In this document: one piece after another, positions 1-11,486 of the stretch
How the letters are laid out: each line of letters begins with the position of its first letter
Position numbering within the stretch: the first letter of the stretch is position 1
Source: Mobula hypostoma
Lineage: Eukaryota
Length of the DNA stretch: 64,000 bases
NCBI RefSeq assembly: GCF_963921235.1
Contig: NC_086107.1
Location: forward strand, 107,262,001-107,326,000
Direction: 5' to 3'
Notes under the pieces: generated by a model
Databases searched by the model: none
Told to the model about the DNA's origin: nothing
What the model saw: only the letters and a program-made list of their open reading frames with translations
Position numbers and translations under genes: made by a program

Positions 1-556
1 ACTAAATAAATATATTTTTAAAATTGCAGAATAAATTGTAAAAGCTACAGAGAAAGTGCAGTGCAGGTAAACCATAAAGTGCAAGATCATAACGAGATAT
101 ATTGTGAGATCAAGAGTCTATTTATCAAACTAGGGAACCATTTAATAGTCTTATTTAAGTTCATAAATGCTTGTGTTGTAGGTGCACCTTATTATTTATT
201 AATTTAATAGTGCAATATCACTTTATGTGTTATGTGTGTGAGTTATATGTACTGTGTTGAACACTTTGCTCCAGAGGAACATTGTTTCGTTTGGCGGTAC
301 ACATGTATACAGTTGAATGACAATAAACTGATCTTGGACTTGAACTTGAGGGTAGAATTTGTCTTTGAGCTTGGTCATGAGTCCATCTTATCTTACAAGA
401 GGTCCATTCGAGGGTCTGATGACAACAGAATAGAGGTTTTTGGATTTGGACACAGAAACAATGAAAGAATAGTATTTCCAAGTCAGGACTGTGTGCGATT
501 TGACAGTGGTGTTTCCCTCTGCCTGACGGTGAAGGTCACAGGGTTGGGAAGTTCTG

Positions 557-700
557 AACGCAAGAGATTCTACAGATGTTGGAAATCCAGAGCGACACAC
601 ACACACACACAAAATGCTGGAGGAACTCTGCAGGTCAGGCAGCATCTATGGAGGGAAATAAACAGACGACGTTTCAGGCTGAGACCCTTCATCGGGACTG
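557..700 (-). mobile_element. Penelope-like element terminal repeat (pLTR) fragment with degenerate hammerhead motif
   Basis: Minus strand reads CAGTC-CCGATGA-AGGGTCTCAGCCT-GAAACGTC-GTCTG, then the family body GATGCTGCCTGACCTGC..GAGTTCCTCCAGCATTTTGTGTG. The same module lies 3' of GIY-YIG coding sequence at 7372-7967 and 54060-54600. Confidence 0.75.
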
Positions 701-994
701 TCTGGTTTGGTAACTGCAATGCATTTTGGAAACAGTGTAAAGTATCTGATGCAGTGATGGCAGAAGAAGAAATGAAAAGTGAAGGTACTGATGGGGTGTT
801 CATGAGGCATGTTGCTTCACCTTTGACGATTTTGTGAGTTTTGTGGGAGTATCTAACTTCAGATAAAAAGTGCTTGGGCATTAGTTGGTGAATCACTAGC
901 CACAGGACCCTGAACTTCTAACCTGACCTTGTAGCTGAACCAGTTGAGTTTCCAGTCAATAGTGACTTCACTGATGCTGATGGCAGTGGCTATA

Positions 995-1550
995 TTTCAT
1001 TAGGAGTTTGAGGAGATTTGGTACGTCACCAAAGGCACTCACAAAATTCTACAGATGTACTGTGGAGAGCATTCTAACTGGCTGTGTCACCGTCTGGTAT
1101 GTGGGGTACTGTACATGACTGAAATTAGCTGCAGAGTTGTAAACTTTGTCAGCTCCAACATAGGCACCAGCCTCCGTAGTATGCAGGACATCTTTAAGGA
1201 GCGGTGCCTCACAAAGGCAGCGTCCGTCGTTAAGGATCCCATCATCCAGGCCTTGTTCCTATTACTGCCATCAGGAAGGAGGTACAGAAGCCTGAAGACA
1301 CACACTCAATGATTCAGGAACAGTTTCTTCCCCTCTGCCTTCCAATTTCTGAATGGACATTGAACCTATGAACACTACCACACTAATTTTTTTTTAGTTT
1401 TAGCACTACTTATTTAATTTAATTACATATATATACTTAATATAATTTACAACTTTTTTTCTCTATTACTATGTACTACATTGAACAGCTGCCACAAAGA
1501 CAACAAATTTCACAACATATCCCGATAATATTAAACCTGATTTTGATTCA
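995..1550 (+). mobile_element. Rex1/Babar-type LINE 3' fragment
   Basis: C-terminal ORF motif (ERCLTKAASVVKDP..LFLLLPSGRRYRSLKTHTQ), AT-rich 3' UTR and (CTGATT)-type tail. Confidence 0.75.
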
Positions 1551-1932
1551 TGATGTCAAGGGGGGTGGGGGGTTAGACATTCTCTTGTTGGAGGTGGTTG
1601 CAGCCCATCCCTTGCGTTAATTTCCATGCGTCAGTGCATGCCCGAATGTGGTCCAGGTCTTGCAGCCTGCAGGAGTGGAATGCCGCTCTGCTGCGTGGTG
1701 CCATCATCGATAACGATCGTTGGTGAGGCAGTCGAGGTTGACTGGGCCTGGGACATTGTCCTGAGCAATCCCTCCAGTGACGTCCAAAGCCAGGATGATT
1801 GCCTGCCAAAGAAAGTTCAAAGTTCAAAGTAATTACCAAAATACATACATGTTACCTTGAGATTCATTTTCTTGCAGGCATTTATGGGAAAAATAGAGAA
1901 AAACATTAGAGTTTATGAAAAGCTATATACAC

Positions 1933-2284
1933 TAATGCTCCGGATGGCTCTCGACGTGAGTTGGCAACAGCACATGACGAAAGTTGAGCTCTATAACAAC
2001 CTACCGATGCTCTCCACTAAAACCGAGGCGAGAAGACTGCAACTAGCGGGGCACTGTCTACGCCACCCCGAGCTACCTGCCAGCCTTGTCATCATATGGG
2101 AGCCCAAGCACGGGAGGATGAACCCTGGGCGCCCTCCCAAGACTATGGTCAACACGCTCCTAGAAGACAGCGGCGCAGCTAATGTAGATGAACTGAACAC
2201 ACTGATGAGGGAGAGGGAGAAGTGGAGAGTCTGTCATCGTGCCCGACGCCGGCCCCCTAGGCCTGAGTCGATGTAGTAGTAGTA
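1933..2284 (+). mobile_element. RTE-clade LINE 3' end, 5'-truncated, inserted in another LINE 3' UTR
   Basis: Open frame MLRMALDVSW..RRLQLAGHCLRH..WEPKHG..PGRP..T..REKWR is a typical RTE ORF C-terminus, and it ends directly in a (TAG)n tail. Confidence 0.8.
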
Positions 2285-2349
2285 TATGCAAACAAAAAGT
2301 GACAAACAACCAATGTGCAAAAGAAGACAAACTGTGCAAATAAACAATG

Positions 2350-2965
2350 TTAAAAGAACACAAGTTGTAAAGAGTTGTGGAATCAGCTCAGAGTTGTGGT
2401 GAGTGAAGTTATCAACTCTGGTTCAGGATCTCAATGGTTGTAAGCTGATAACTGTTCCTGAACCTGGTGGAGGCTCCTGTACCTCCTTCCTGGTGGCAGT
2501 AGTGAGAAGAGAGCATGGCCTGGATGGTGGGGGTGTTTGATAATGGATGCTGTTTCCCTGCCATCATATACAACCCTGAGATTTATTTTCTTGTGAGCTT
2601 ACACAGTAAATCCAAGAAACACAATAGAATCAATGAAAGACCGTATCCAACAAGACAAGCAACCAGTGTCCAAAAGATAAACAAGCGATAAATATCGAGA
2701 ACATGAGATGAAGAGTCCTTGAAAGTGAGTCCATAGGTTGTGGAACAGTTCAGTGATGGAGCAAGTGAAGTTGAGTGAAGTTATCCCCTCTAGTTCAAGA
2801 GCCTGATGGTTGAGGGGCAGTAACTGCTCCTGAACCTGGTGCTGAGAGTCCTGAGGCTCTTGTACCTTCTTCCTGATGGCATCAGTGAGAAGAGAGTGTG
2901 TGCTGAATGATAGGTGTTGCCTTCCTATGACAGTGCTCCGTGTAGACGTGCTCAAGGGCTTTACC
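2350..2965 (-). mobile_element. Nested Rex1/Babar-type LINE 3' fragments
   Basis: Reverse complement of the HPGHALFSLLPSGRRYRS / TRFRNSYYP region and 3' UTR, present twice. Confidence 0.65.
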
Positions 2966-3419
2966 TGAACCGCAGGTATCCTCCTTTGTGTGAAGAATGG
3001 CTCCAGATGTAAAGCAGGAGAGAGAAGTGTGAGGAAGGGCAGAGAGTCACAGCTCAGAAATAGGTGAATATGAGGGTGAGTGGGGGAACGAGTCAGTCGT
3101 TGGGGACAAGCGATATGTAGAAGTGGGATGGAATCGAACGATGGCAGAACTGGGAGTGAGGAGCCTGGGTGAGAGCAGATCTGTACCCTGCTGGGGCTGT
3201 GGTGGAACAGCGGGGGTTCCACAGGAGAGGTACTGGGTATGCCTATGCCTTTGAATGGAAAATCCTACAAAGGGCAGTGGATATGGCCCGATCCATCACG
3301 GGTGAAGCCTTCCCCACCATTGAGCACATCAACACAAGAGCGCTATCATAGGAAAGCAGAATACACCATTAAGGACCCCACCGGTCAGGCCATGGTCTCT
3401 TCTCGATGCTGCCATCAGG

Positions 3420-3600
3420 AAGGTACATCAGGTGAAGTCTCACCAATGCAGAGGAAGCCACAGCGGGAGCACCAGACACAATAGGCAACCCCAGCAGATC
3501 TGCAGGTGAAGCTTTGCCTCACCTGGTAGGACTGCCTGGGACCCTGAATGGAGGTGAGGGAGGAGGTGTGTGGGCAGGTGTAGCACTTCGACTGCTTGTT
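3420..3600 (-). mobile_element. Penelope-like element GIY-YIG endonuclease fragment
   Basis: KCYTCPHT..IQGPRQSYQVRQSFTC..GVAYCVWCSRCGFLCIGET, i.e. the CxxC / VxYCxxCxxCxxxYIGET motif. Confidence 0.8.
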
Positions 3601-4059
3601 ACAATAACAAAACATAAAATATAATGTTCAAGGCAGAGATTGCCAAGCACTTAAACTACAAGGAAGTCAAGGAAGGGGTACGGAGTGAGTTGCAAACCAA
3701 GAGACCAAGATCACTCTATTCCTGGTTCATATTAAAATGAACTAATAAAGGGTCCCAGCCCGAATCGTCGACTGTTTACTCTTTTCCATGGATGATGCCT
3801 GGCCTGCTGAGTTCCTCCAGCATTTTGCATGTGTTACCAATTCAATGAATCCACCTTCACGGCCCTCTGGAGCTGAGGATTAAAACATTCATGACCCCCT
3901 GACAGGAGGAATTCCTTCTCGATTCCGTTTTATTCTTGATCTATGCCTCCTGGTTGTCCACAGCCACAACAGGGGAAGCATCCTCTCCGCATCTATCTTG
4001 TCTATCTCTCTCAGTGTTCAATGTTTCAGCTTTAAATTCCTTGGTTACCTGTTCAGAGG

Positions 4060-6260
4060 GTCTGTCTGGGTGCAGCACATAAGAGCCATTACAAAGCAGC
4101 ACTTCTACTTCAAGTTCAAGTTTATTGTCATCTGACTATACACGTATACAGCCAAACAAAGCAACATTTCACTAGAACATGGTGCGCCCACAAAACGTAT
4201 ATCACACACAGCACATAAAACAAAATATTGCCGCAAATAAGGTAACAAGGTAATTCAAAATGCATGTAAAATGTGCAGCACAGGTAACAGCAAGCTGTGC
4301 AGTAAACAGCTCACTGTCCTTGTGATGAGAGCTTTGTGGTGGCAGGGTATTCATTAGTCTCACAGCCTTAGAAGATGTGGCATGTCATCTAAAACTTCGA
4401 GAAACTTTATAAATGTACGGTGGAGAGGGTACTGACTGGTTGCATCACAGCCTGGCACGGAAAGAGCAATGCCCTTGAACAGAAAAACCTACAAAGAGTA
4501 GTGGATACAGTCCAGTCCATCACGGGTAAAGCCCTCTCCACCAACGAGCACATCTACAAAGAGCGCTGCAGCAGGAAAGCAGCATCCATCATCAACCCCC
4601 ACCATCCAGGCCATGCTGTCTTCTCACTGCTGCCATCAGAAAGGAGATACAGGAGCCTCTGTCATAAGGTGGGTGTTGATGGCTGGCGGATCCAAATACA
4701 AGACACAGACACTGAAGTACTAGGAACAGGACTAGGTTTACCAAGAAAGCAAGGGGAGTCAGGAAGAAACGACGCTGGACATCAACACAGGCCCTGGACG
4801 AGACCAGGATTCAGGGCCTGGGCTCAGACTTGGGCTAGAAGCACGGGACCCGGACGTGGAATGACGAACAAGGAGCCTGGACTAGGAACTCGGAACTCCA
4901 GAACCAGAGTCTGGGCAAGGACCCGGAACCCAGGTCTTGGTTGGGACTCGGAACCTGAACCCGGGTCTAGGCTAGGACTCGGAACTAGGATCTTGGCAAG
5001 GACAAGACGTGGCTACAGGACAGGACGAGGAATCTCCAGCACTGGGCTGGGCGAGGCACCAGAACTAGACGAGGACACGAAGCTCAGATTTGGACAGGGC
5101 TGGAACACAGAACCTGGACTTGGTCTTGGAACACAGGAACACAGAGCCTTGGACGTGGACTGGACGCTCAGAGCCTTGAACGTGGACTGGACGAGGTACT
5201 CCAGGGCAGGACGTGGCTCGGTTTGGCTCGGCTCTTGGATTCAGCTTGGTTAGGCTCTTGGGTACGGAGCTGGGACTCCTCCTTGGAGCGGAGGGCCAGG
5301 ACCCTTTCTAGGACGCAGGGCTGAGATGACTGTCGAGGTAAACTGCCAAGGATTCGGATGGGGACTATCCAGCACAGGACGAGGAACTCTAGCACAGGAT
5401 GAGGAATCTCCAGCACAGGACGAGGAATCTTCAGCACCGGACTGGGTGAGGACACGAAGCTCAGACTTGGACAGGGCTGGAAAATGGTGCCTGGACTTGG
5501 AACACAGGAACACAGAACACAGAGCCGGGACCCCTCCTTGGGAACAGGACCGAGGGCCGGGACTCTTCTTTGACACAGACACTAAACACGGGGACACAAA
5601 GCGATAGTTCCAAACTCAACAATAGATAGTTCCTTATCTTGGCATGGCAAGGCTCCGGTCTCACTCCGGCAGTTGAACTTGATGGGGATGCAGGAGAGGC
5701 TTAAGAAAGAAGGGGAAGGGAACAGTCCAGCAGGGAATACCTGGTTTGAGAGCTATTTATGCGTCAGCCCAAAACGAGAATCAGGTGCCTCAATTAAGGC
5801 ACCCAATGGAACAAGGGAAAACAGGAAAACCCAGAATAAGGAATTGACAGACCGGACCGTGAACCGGAATGCAGACTTCACGGACCGGACCATGACAGCC
5901 TAAGATTCCATACCTCCAGGTTCAGGAACAGTTAATACCCTTCAACCATCAGGCTCCTGAACCAGTGTGGATAACTTCACTCACCTCAACATGGAATTGA
6001 TTCCACAACCTATGGACTCACTTTCATGGACCACAACTCATGTTCCTAATATTATTTATTGCTTGTTTATTAATTATTATCATTTTTTTTGTGTATTTGC
6101 ACAATTTGTTGTCTTCTGCATATTGGTTGCTTGTCCATCTTTCTGTGTATTTTTCATTGATTCTATTGTGTTTCTTTCTACTTACTTTGAATGCCCACAA
6201 GAAAATGCATATGGTGACATATATGTACTTTGATAATAAAATTTACTTTGAACTTTGAAA
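4060..6260 (+). mobile_element. Rex1/Babar-type LINE 3' portion interrupted by a LINE tail (4110-4368) and a solo LTR (4660-5897)
   Basis: LTGCITAWHG..LQRVVD..HPGHAVFSLLPSERRYRSL is interrupted at 4660, resumes at 5898 (TSRFRNS) and ends with AATAAA and (TTTGAAC)n. Confidence 0.75.
4660..5897 (-). mobile_element. Solo LTR, Gypsy-like
   Basis: Termini TGTCAT...ATGACA form a perfect 6-bp inverted repeat. Flanks GCCTC/GCCTA are an imperfect 5-bp TSD inside a LINE. TATA-like CATAAATAG lies near the minus-strand 5' end, and there are internal short repeats. Confidence 0.75.
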
Positions 6261-6339
6261 CTCTCGTTCTTCTGAATGCCAAGGAGTACAGGCCTGAGCA
6301 GCTTGGCTTCTCTTCATAATTCGTCACTCTTTTCAACTT

Positions 6340-7036
6340 TTGCAAAAACAAAGGAGCTGGTTGTGGATTACAGGAGGAATGGAGCCGGGCTAACCCCTAT
6401 AGACGTCAATGGATCTGGGGTTGAGAGGGTGAACAGCTTTAGGTTCCTCGGCATAAACATCACCGAGCATCTCACGTGGTCTGTACAATGCCACTTTCAC
6501 CTCAGACGGTTGAAGAAGTTTGGTATGGCCCCCCAAATTCTAAGAACTTTCTATAGGGGCATGATTGAGAGCATCCTGACTGGTTGCATCACTGCCTGGT
6601 ATGGGAACTGTACCTCCCTCAATCGCAGGACTCTGCAGAGAGTGCTGCGGACAGCCCAGCGCATCCGTTGATGTGAACTTCCCACTGTTCAGGACATTTA
6701 CAAAGACAGGTGTGTAAAAAGGGCCTGAAGGATCATTGGGGACCCGAGTCACCCCAACCACAAACTGTTCAGCTGCTACCATCCAGGAAACGGTACCGCA
6801 GCATAAAAGCCAGGGCCAACAGGCTCTGGGACAGATACCTCGACCAGGCCTTCAAACTGCTTAATTCATGTTGACACAACTGTATTTCTATGTTATATCC
6901 CGTTATACATAATATTTATTATAAATTACTATAATTGCACATTGCACATTTAGACGGAGACATAACATAGAGATTTTTACTCCTCATGTATATGAAGGAT
7001 GTAAGTAATAAAGTCAATTCAATTCAATTCAATTCT
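6340..7036 (+). mobile_element. Rex1/Babar-type LINE 3' portion
   Basis: KTKELVVDYRR..VERVNSFRFLGINI..LRRLKKFG..ESILTGCITAWYG; AATAAA followed by an (AATTC)n tail. Confidence 0.8.
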
Positions 7037-7169
7037 TTACTTGTCAGCTTTTGGTCACACCGTCTCTGACGCAGACACTTTGGGCACATATAATAACCAG
7101 ACTTCTGCAGACAAACACTTCCACTCATAAAAGTGTGCAATTGGTTCGAAAAATACACGAAGTTCTGGA

Positions 7170-7372
7170 GGTCCCAGCTGCTGCATGTAAGGAGTTTGTA
7201 TGTCCTCCCCATGACTATGTAGGTTTCCTCCACGTGATCTGGTTTCCTCCCACAGTCCAAAGATGTACCGGTTGGTAGGTTAATTAGTCATTGCAAATTT
7301 TCCCATCTTTAACTCAGGGGATTGCTCGAAGGGCTGGAAGGGACTATTCCGTGCCATATCTCAATAAATAAC
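7170..7372 (+). mobile_element. V-domain (HE1-like) SINE, 5'-truncated
   Basis: Core TGTAAGGAGTTTGTATGT..GGTTTCCTCCCACAGTCCAAAGA and tail GAAGGGCTGGAAGGG..TCTCAATAAATA. Confidence 0.75.
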
Positions 7373-7967
7373 TCAGCAAGCCAGGCAGCTTCTATGGAGG
7401 GGAGTAAACAGTCAACGTTTCAGACTGATACCCTTCGGCAGGGCCGGAGAAAAAAAAGCTGAGGAGTTAAAAGCTGGGGAGAAGGGAGAGAGAAACACCA
7501 GGTGACAGGTGAACCTGGGAGGGGGAGGGATGAAGTGAAGAGCTGGGAAGTTGATTGGTGGAAGAGACACAGGGCTGGAGAAGGGGGAATCTGATAGGAG
7601 AGGACAGAAGGCCAAGGAAGAAAGAAAAAGGGGGGAGGAGCACCAGAGGGAGGTGATGGGCAGGCAGGTGAGAGAGGGAAAAGGACGGGGAATGGTGCAG
7701 ATGAAGAGGAGGGGCCATTACCAGAAGTTCGAGAAGTCAATGTTCATGCCATCAGGTTGGAGGCTACCCAGACGAAATATAAGGTGTTGTTCCTTCAACC
7801 TGAGTGTGGCTTCATCACAGCAGTAGAGGAGGCTGTGGATAGACATATCGGAATGGGAATGGGAAGTGGAATTAAAATAGGTGGCCACTGGGAGATTCCG
7901 ATTTTTCTGGTGAAAGGAGAGCAGGTGCTTGGCAAAGCGGTCTCCCAATCTACGTCAGGTCTCACCT
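7372..7967 (-). mobile_element. Penelope-like element 3' part (endonuclease C-terminus plus pLTR)
   Basis: GDRFAKHL..LPVATYFNSTSHS..EQHLIFRLGSLQPDGMNIDF, then a pyrimidine-rich UTR and a degenerate hammerhead at about 7409-7445. Confidence 0.85.
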
Positions 7968-8004
7968 GAATGTCACTGGGAGACACCACCCCCAACACTT
8001 TCTG

Positions 8005-8232
8005 CTCCCTATGGGACTCCCTTGTCCATTCATTGCCCCCCACTGATTTCCCTTCTGGCACTTATCCTTGCAAGCAGAACAAGTGCTGCATCTGCCCCTA
8101 CACCTCCTCCCTCACTACCATTCAGGGCCCCAGACAGTCCTTCCAGGTGAGGCAACACTTCACCTTTGAGTCTTTTGGGGTCATATGCTGTAGCTGGTGC
8201 TCACAGTGTATATTGGTGAGACCTGATGTGGA
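8005..8232 (+). mobile_element. Penelope-like element GIY-YIG fragment (continues at ~10000)
   Basis: SGTYPCKQNKCCICPYTSSLTTIQGPRQSFQVRQHFT..GVICC, followed by TATATTGGTGAGACC (YIGET). Confidence 0.8.
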
Positions 8233-8244
8233 TTCCAATTCTGA

Positions 8245-9960
8245 TTTTTTTAATTTCAAAATATACTTTATTCAAAAATAAAATTATATACAATAAACCA
8301 TTCAATGACTTTCCATCCTTTACATACATTCCCATTATAGTCAGTACATATCCGTACTTATGGCCAGCCACGTCACACTCCAGTTGTTCACCTTACCACA
8401 TCCTTGTTGAGGGGTATACTCCCCGCCACCCAGCTCCTCACGCTCCCGCGGGTGAAGAAACCTATACCGTGGTCCTTCCCCACCGGGCCCTTGTGGTGGC
8501 TGCACCGAGTTTCAGTGCGTCCCTCAGCACGTACTCCTGTGGCCGAGAATGTGCCAGTCGGCAGCATTCTCCCACAGATATCTCCATGTGCTGGTAGATC
8601 ATCAAGTTTCGGGCCGACCGAAGAGCGTCTTTCACTGAGTTGATGATCTGCCAGCAGCACCGGATGTTGGTCTCCGTGTGCGTCCCCGGGAACAGCCCGT
8701 AGATCAGAGGGTCCTCTGTTACGCAGCTGCTGGGGATGAAACATGACACCAGCCCGTCCATCCTCCTCCACACCCTCTTTGCGAACTGACAGTGTGCGAA
8801 GAGGTGGGTCACAGACTCCTCCTCACTGCAGTCCTCCCGTGGGCAGTGGGGTGCGGAGACGACGTTCCGGGTGTACAGGAGGGCTCTGACTGGGAGGGCC
8901 CCTCTCACCGCCAGCCAGGCGAGGTCCTGGTGCCTGTTGGTGAGATCTGGCGATGAGGCATTTTGCCAGATGACCTGGACGGTCTGCTCAGGGAACCACC
9001 CCACTGTGTCCATCACGTCCTTCTCCTGCAGTGCCTACAGGACATTACATGCCGACCACTGCCTGATGACCCTGTGGTCAAAGGCGTTCTCCTGGAAGAA
9101 CTTTTCTATGTAGGACAGGTGTGGCGGCAACGACCAGCTGACTGGGGCGTTGCGCGGGAGTGGGGCCAGACCCATCCTTCGTAGCCAGGGCGACAGGTAG
9201 AACCTGGGCACATAGTGGTACTTGGTGCCCACATACCTGGGTTCTACACACAACCTGATGCAGCCACATACGAAGCTGGCCATCAGGGTGAGGGCGACAT
9301 TGGGGACGTTCTTGCCCCCGTTGTCCAGGGACTTGTGCATGACGGTCCATCTCACCTGCTCCATCTTGGATTCCCAGACGAATCTGAAGACAGCCCGGGT
9401 GATTTCCGAGCTGTAGGAGTGGTGGACGGTCCACACCTGCGCCAAGTACAGCAGCCCTGAGAGCACCTCACACCTGATGACCAGGTTCTTGCCCGTTATT
9501 GACAGGGAGAGCCCTCCCCACAGTCCCAGTTTCTGTTTCACCTTGGCAGTCCGCTCCTGCCAGTTCTTGTTGCATGCCTCTGCCCCTCCAAACCAGATCT
9601 CCAACACCTTCATGTGGTCAGACCTGATGGTGAAGGGGACGCTGGATCGGTCGGGCCGGTTGCCGAAGAGCATGGCTTCGCTCTTCGTACGGTTGACCCT
9701 GGCCCCCAACGCTAGCTCGAACTGTTCGCAGGTGCCAATCAACCTGTGAACTGACCTCGGATCAGAGCAGAAGACGGTGACGTCGTCCATGTACAGGGAG
9801 GTTTTCACTTGGGTCCCTCCACTGCCTGGCAGCATCACCCCTCTAATGCCCTCATCCCTCCTGATGGCTTCAGCAAAGGGTTCTATGCAGCAGACAAACA
9901 AGACAGGGGAGAGGGGACAGCTCTGCCTGACTCCAGACCTGATGGGGAAGCTGTTGCTGC
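8245..9960 (-). mobile_element. Tx1-like (L1 clade) LINE, 5'-truncated ORF2 with one frameshift
   Basis: RT motifs SGVRQSCPLSPVLF and LYMDDVTVF, plus GARVNRTKSE. C-terminal CPREDC..ESVTHLFAHC zinc-knuckle. 3' AATAAA and a short A tail near 8245-8272. ORFs 9035-10072 and 8462-9016. Confidence 0.9.
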
Positions 9961-9999
9961 TGAAAGCACAGGCCCTCTTTGCTACGGCCACCCAGCAGA

Positions 10000-10850
10000 A
10001 ATGGCCTCCTCTACTGTTGTGATGAGGCCACACACAGTTTGGAGGAACAACACCTTGTATTCCAAGCAACACACATCAAAGTTGCTGATGAACGCAGCAG
10101 GCCAGGCAGCATCTCTAGGAAGAGGTACAGTCGACGTCACGGGCCGAGACCCTTTGTCAGGACAAACTGAAAGAAGAGCTAGTAAGAGATTTGAAAGTGG
10201 GAGGGGGAGAGGGAGATCCAAAATGATAGGAGAAGACAGGAGGGGGAGGGATGGAGCCAAGAGCTGGACAGGTGATTGGCAAAAGGGATATGAGAGGATC
10301 ATGGGACAGGAGAAAGAAAAGGGGGAGGGGTGAAAAGCCCAGAGGATGGGCAAGGGGTATAGTCAGAGGGACAGAGGGAGAAAAAGGAGACAGAGAGAAA
10401 TCTGCAGATTTCCTTGCGTTTACCTTGTATTCCATCTGGGTAACCTATGATCTGATGGCATGAACATCAATTTCTCAAACTTACCATTCTCCGTCCCCTT
10501 TTCCCTCTTTTCCCTTATCTCCTTACCTGCCCATCGCCTCCCTCTAGTGCTCCTCCCTTTTTTTCTTTCCCCCATGGTCTTCTGTCCTCTCCTATCAGTC
10601 TCCCCCTTCTCCAGTCCTGTGTCTCTTTCACCGGAGAACTTCCCAGCTCTTTACTTCATCCCTCCTCCTCCCGGTTTCACCTATCACATTGTGTTTCTCT
10701 CTCCCTTCTCCCCACCTTTTAAACCTACTCCTCATCTTCTTCTCTCCAGTCATGCCGAAGGGTCTTGGCCTGAAACCTTGACTGTACTTTTTTTTCCCAT
10801 AGATGCTTCCTGGCCTGCTGAGATTCCCCAGCATTTTGTGTGCGCTGCTT
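10000..10850 (+). mobile_element. Penelope-like element 3' part plus pLTR (interrupted at 10065-10421)
   Basis: GLLYCCDEAT..LEEQHLVF resumes after the insert as HLG..DGMNINFSN. Degenerate hammerhead at about 10747-10784. Confidence 0.8.
10065..10421 (-). mobile_element. Young PLE pLTR insertion with 13-bp TSD
   Basis: ACCTTGTATTCCA is duplicated at 10052-10064 and 10422-10434. The body is nearly identical to 33236-33437. Confidence 0.85.
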
Positions 10851-11486
10851 GGTATCCCCCTGCACGTTGGGCAGAGATTAAGGAGGTGGGAGGGTGGTGT
10901 AGGACGAGAGGGTGTGGTGAGAAAGTCTAACAACTTGCAACCAAACCAACACTCCTGTCACTACAACTGGTGCACCAACACACAGACACCAAAACTTGAT
11001 AAGCTCTTGTGGGAAGAGGAAGCTAATGGCAACTGGCATTCTTCCCTTCAGCCATAGCACAAGTGAAATAGGTTTGAAATAGATCTCCGTGAAGTTACTG
11101 TGACATGGTTAAGCCTGATGAAGTGACACTTAAGGAGAGCAAGAACTGGAGAGAATTACAATGCAAGTTATCAATGCCTTGTTCAAACTCCTGGGCCTGT
11201 GAGGGTTAGGTAAAGAGATATAATCTGTGTTTAGGGGTTGATGTACTGACCGTATTTCTCTGCAGTTCAAAGTTCAAAGTAAATTTACAATCAAAATGCA
11301 TATGTGTCACCATACACCTCACTGAGGTTTATTTTCTTGATGTCATTCAGAGTAGAACAAAGAAATGCAATCGAATCAGTGAAAAACTACACAAAACACT
11401 GACAGACAATGTGCAAAAGAAAGCACACTGTGCAAATATAAATATAAATAAATAAATAATATTGAGAACTTGGTTTGTAGAGTTCA

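Noticed and set aside
232..837. 201-aa ORF
   Set aside because: It spans a LINE 3' UTR, a (CA)n run and an antisense pLTR, with no recognisable domain.
4420..5253. 277-aa ORF
   Set aside because: Chance fusion of a LINE C-terminus with the antisense of a repetitive solo LTR.
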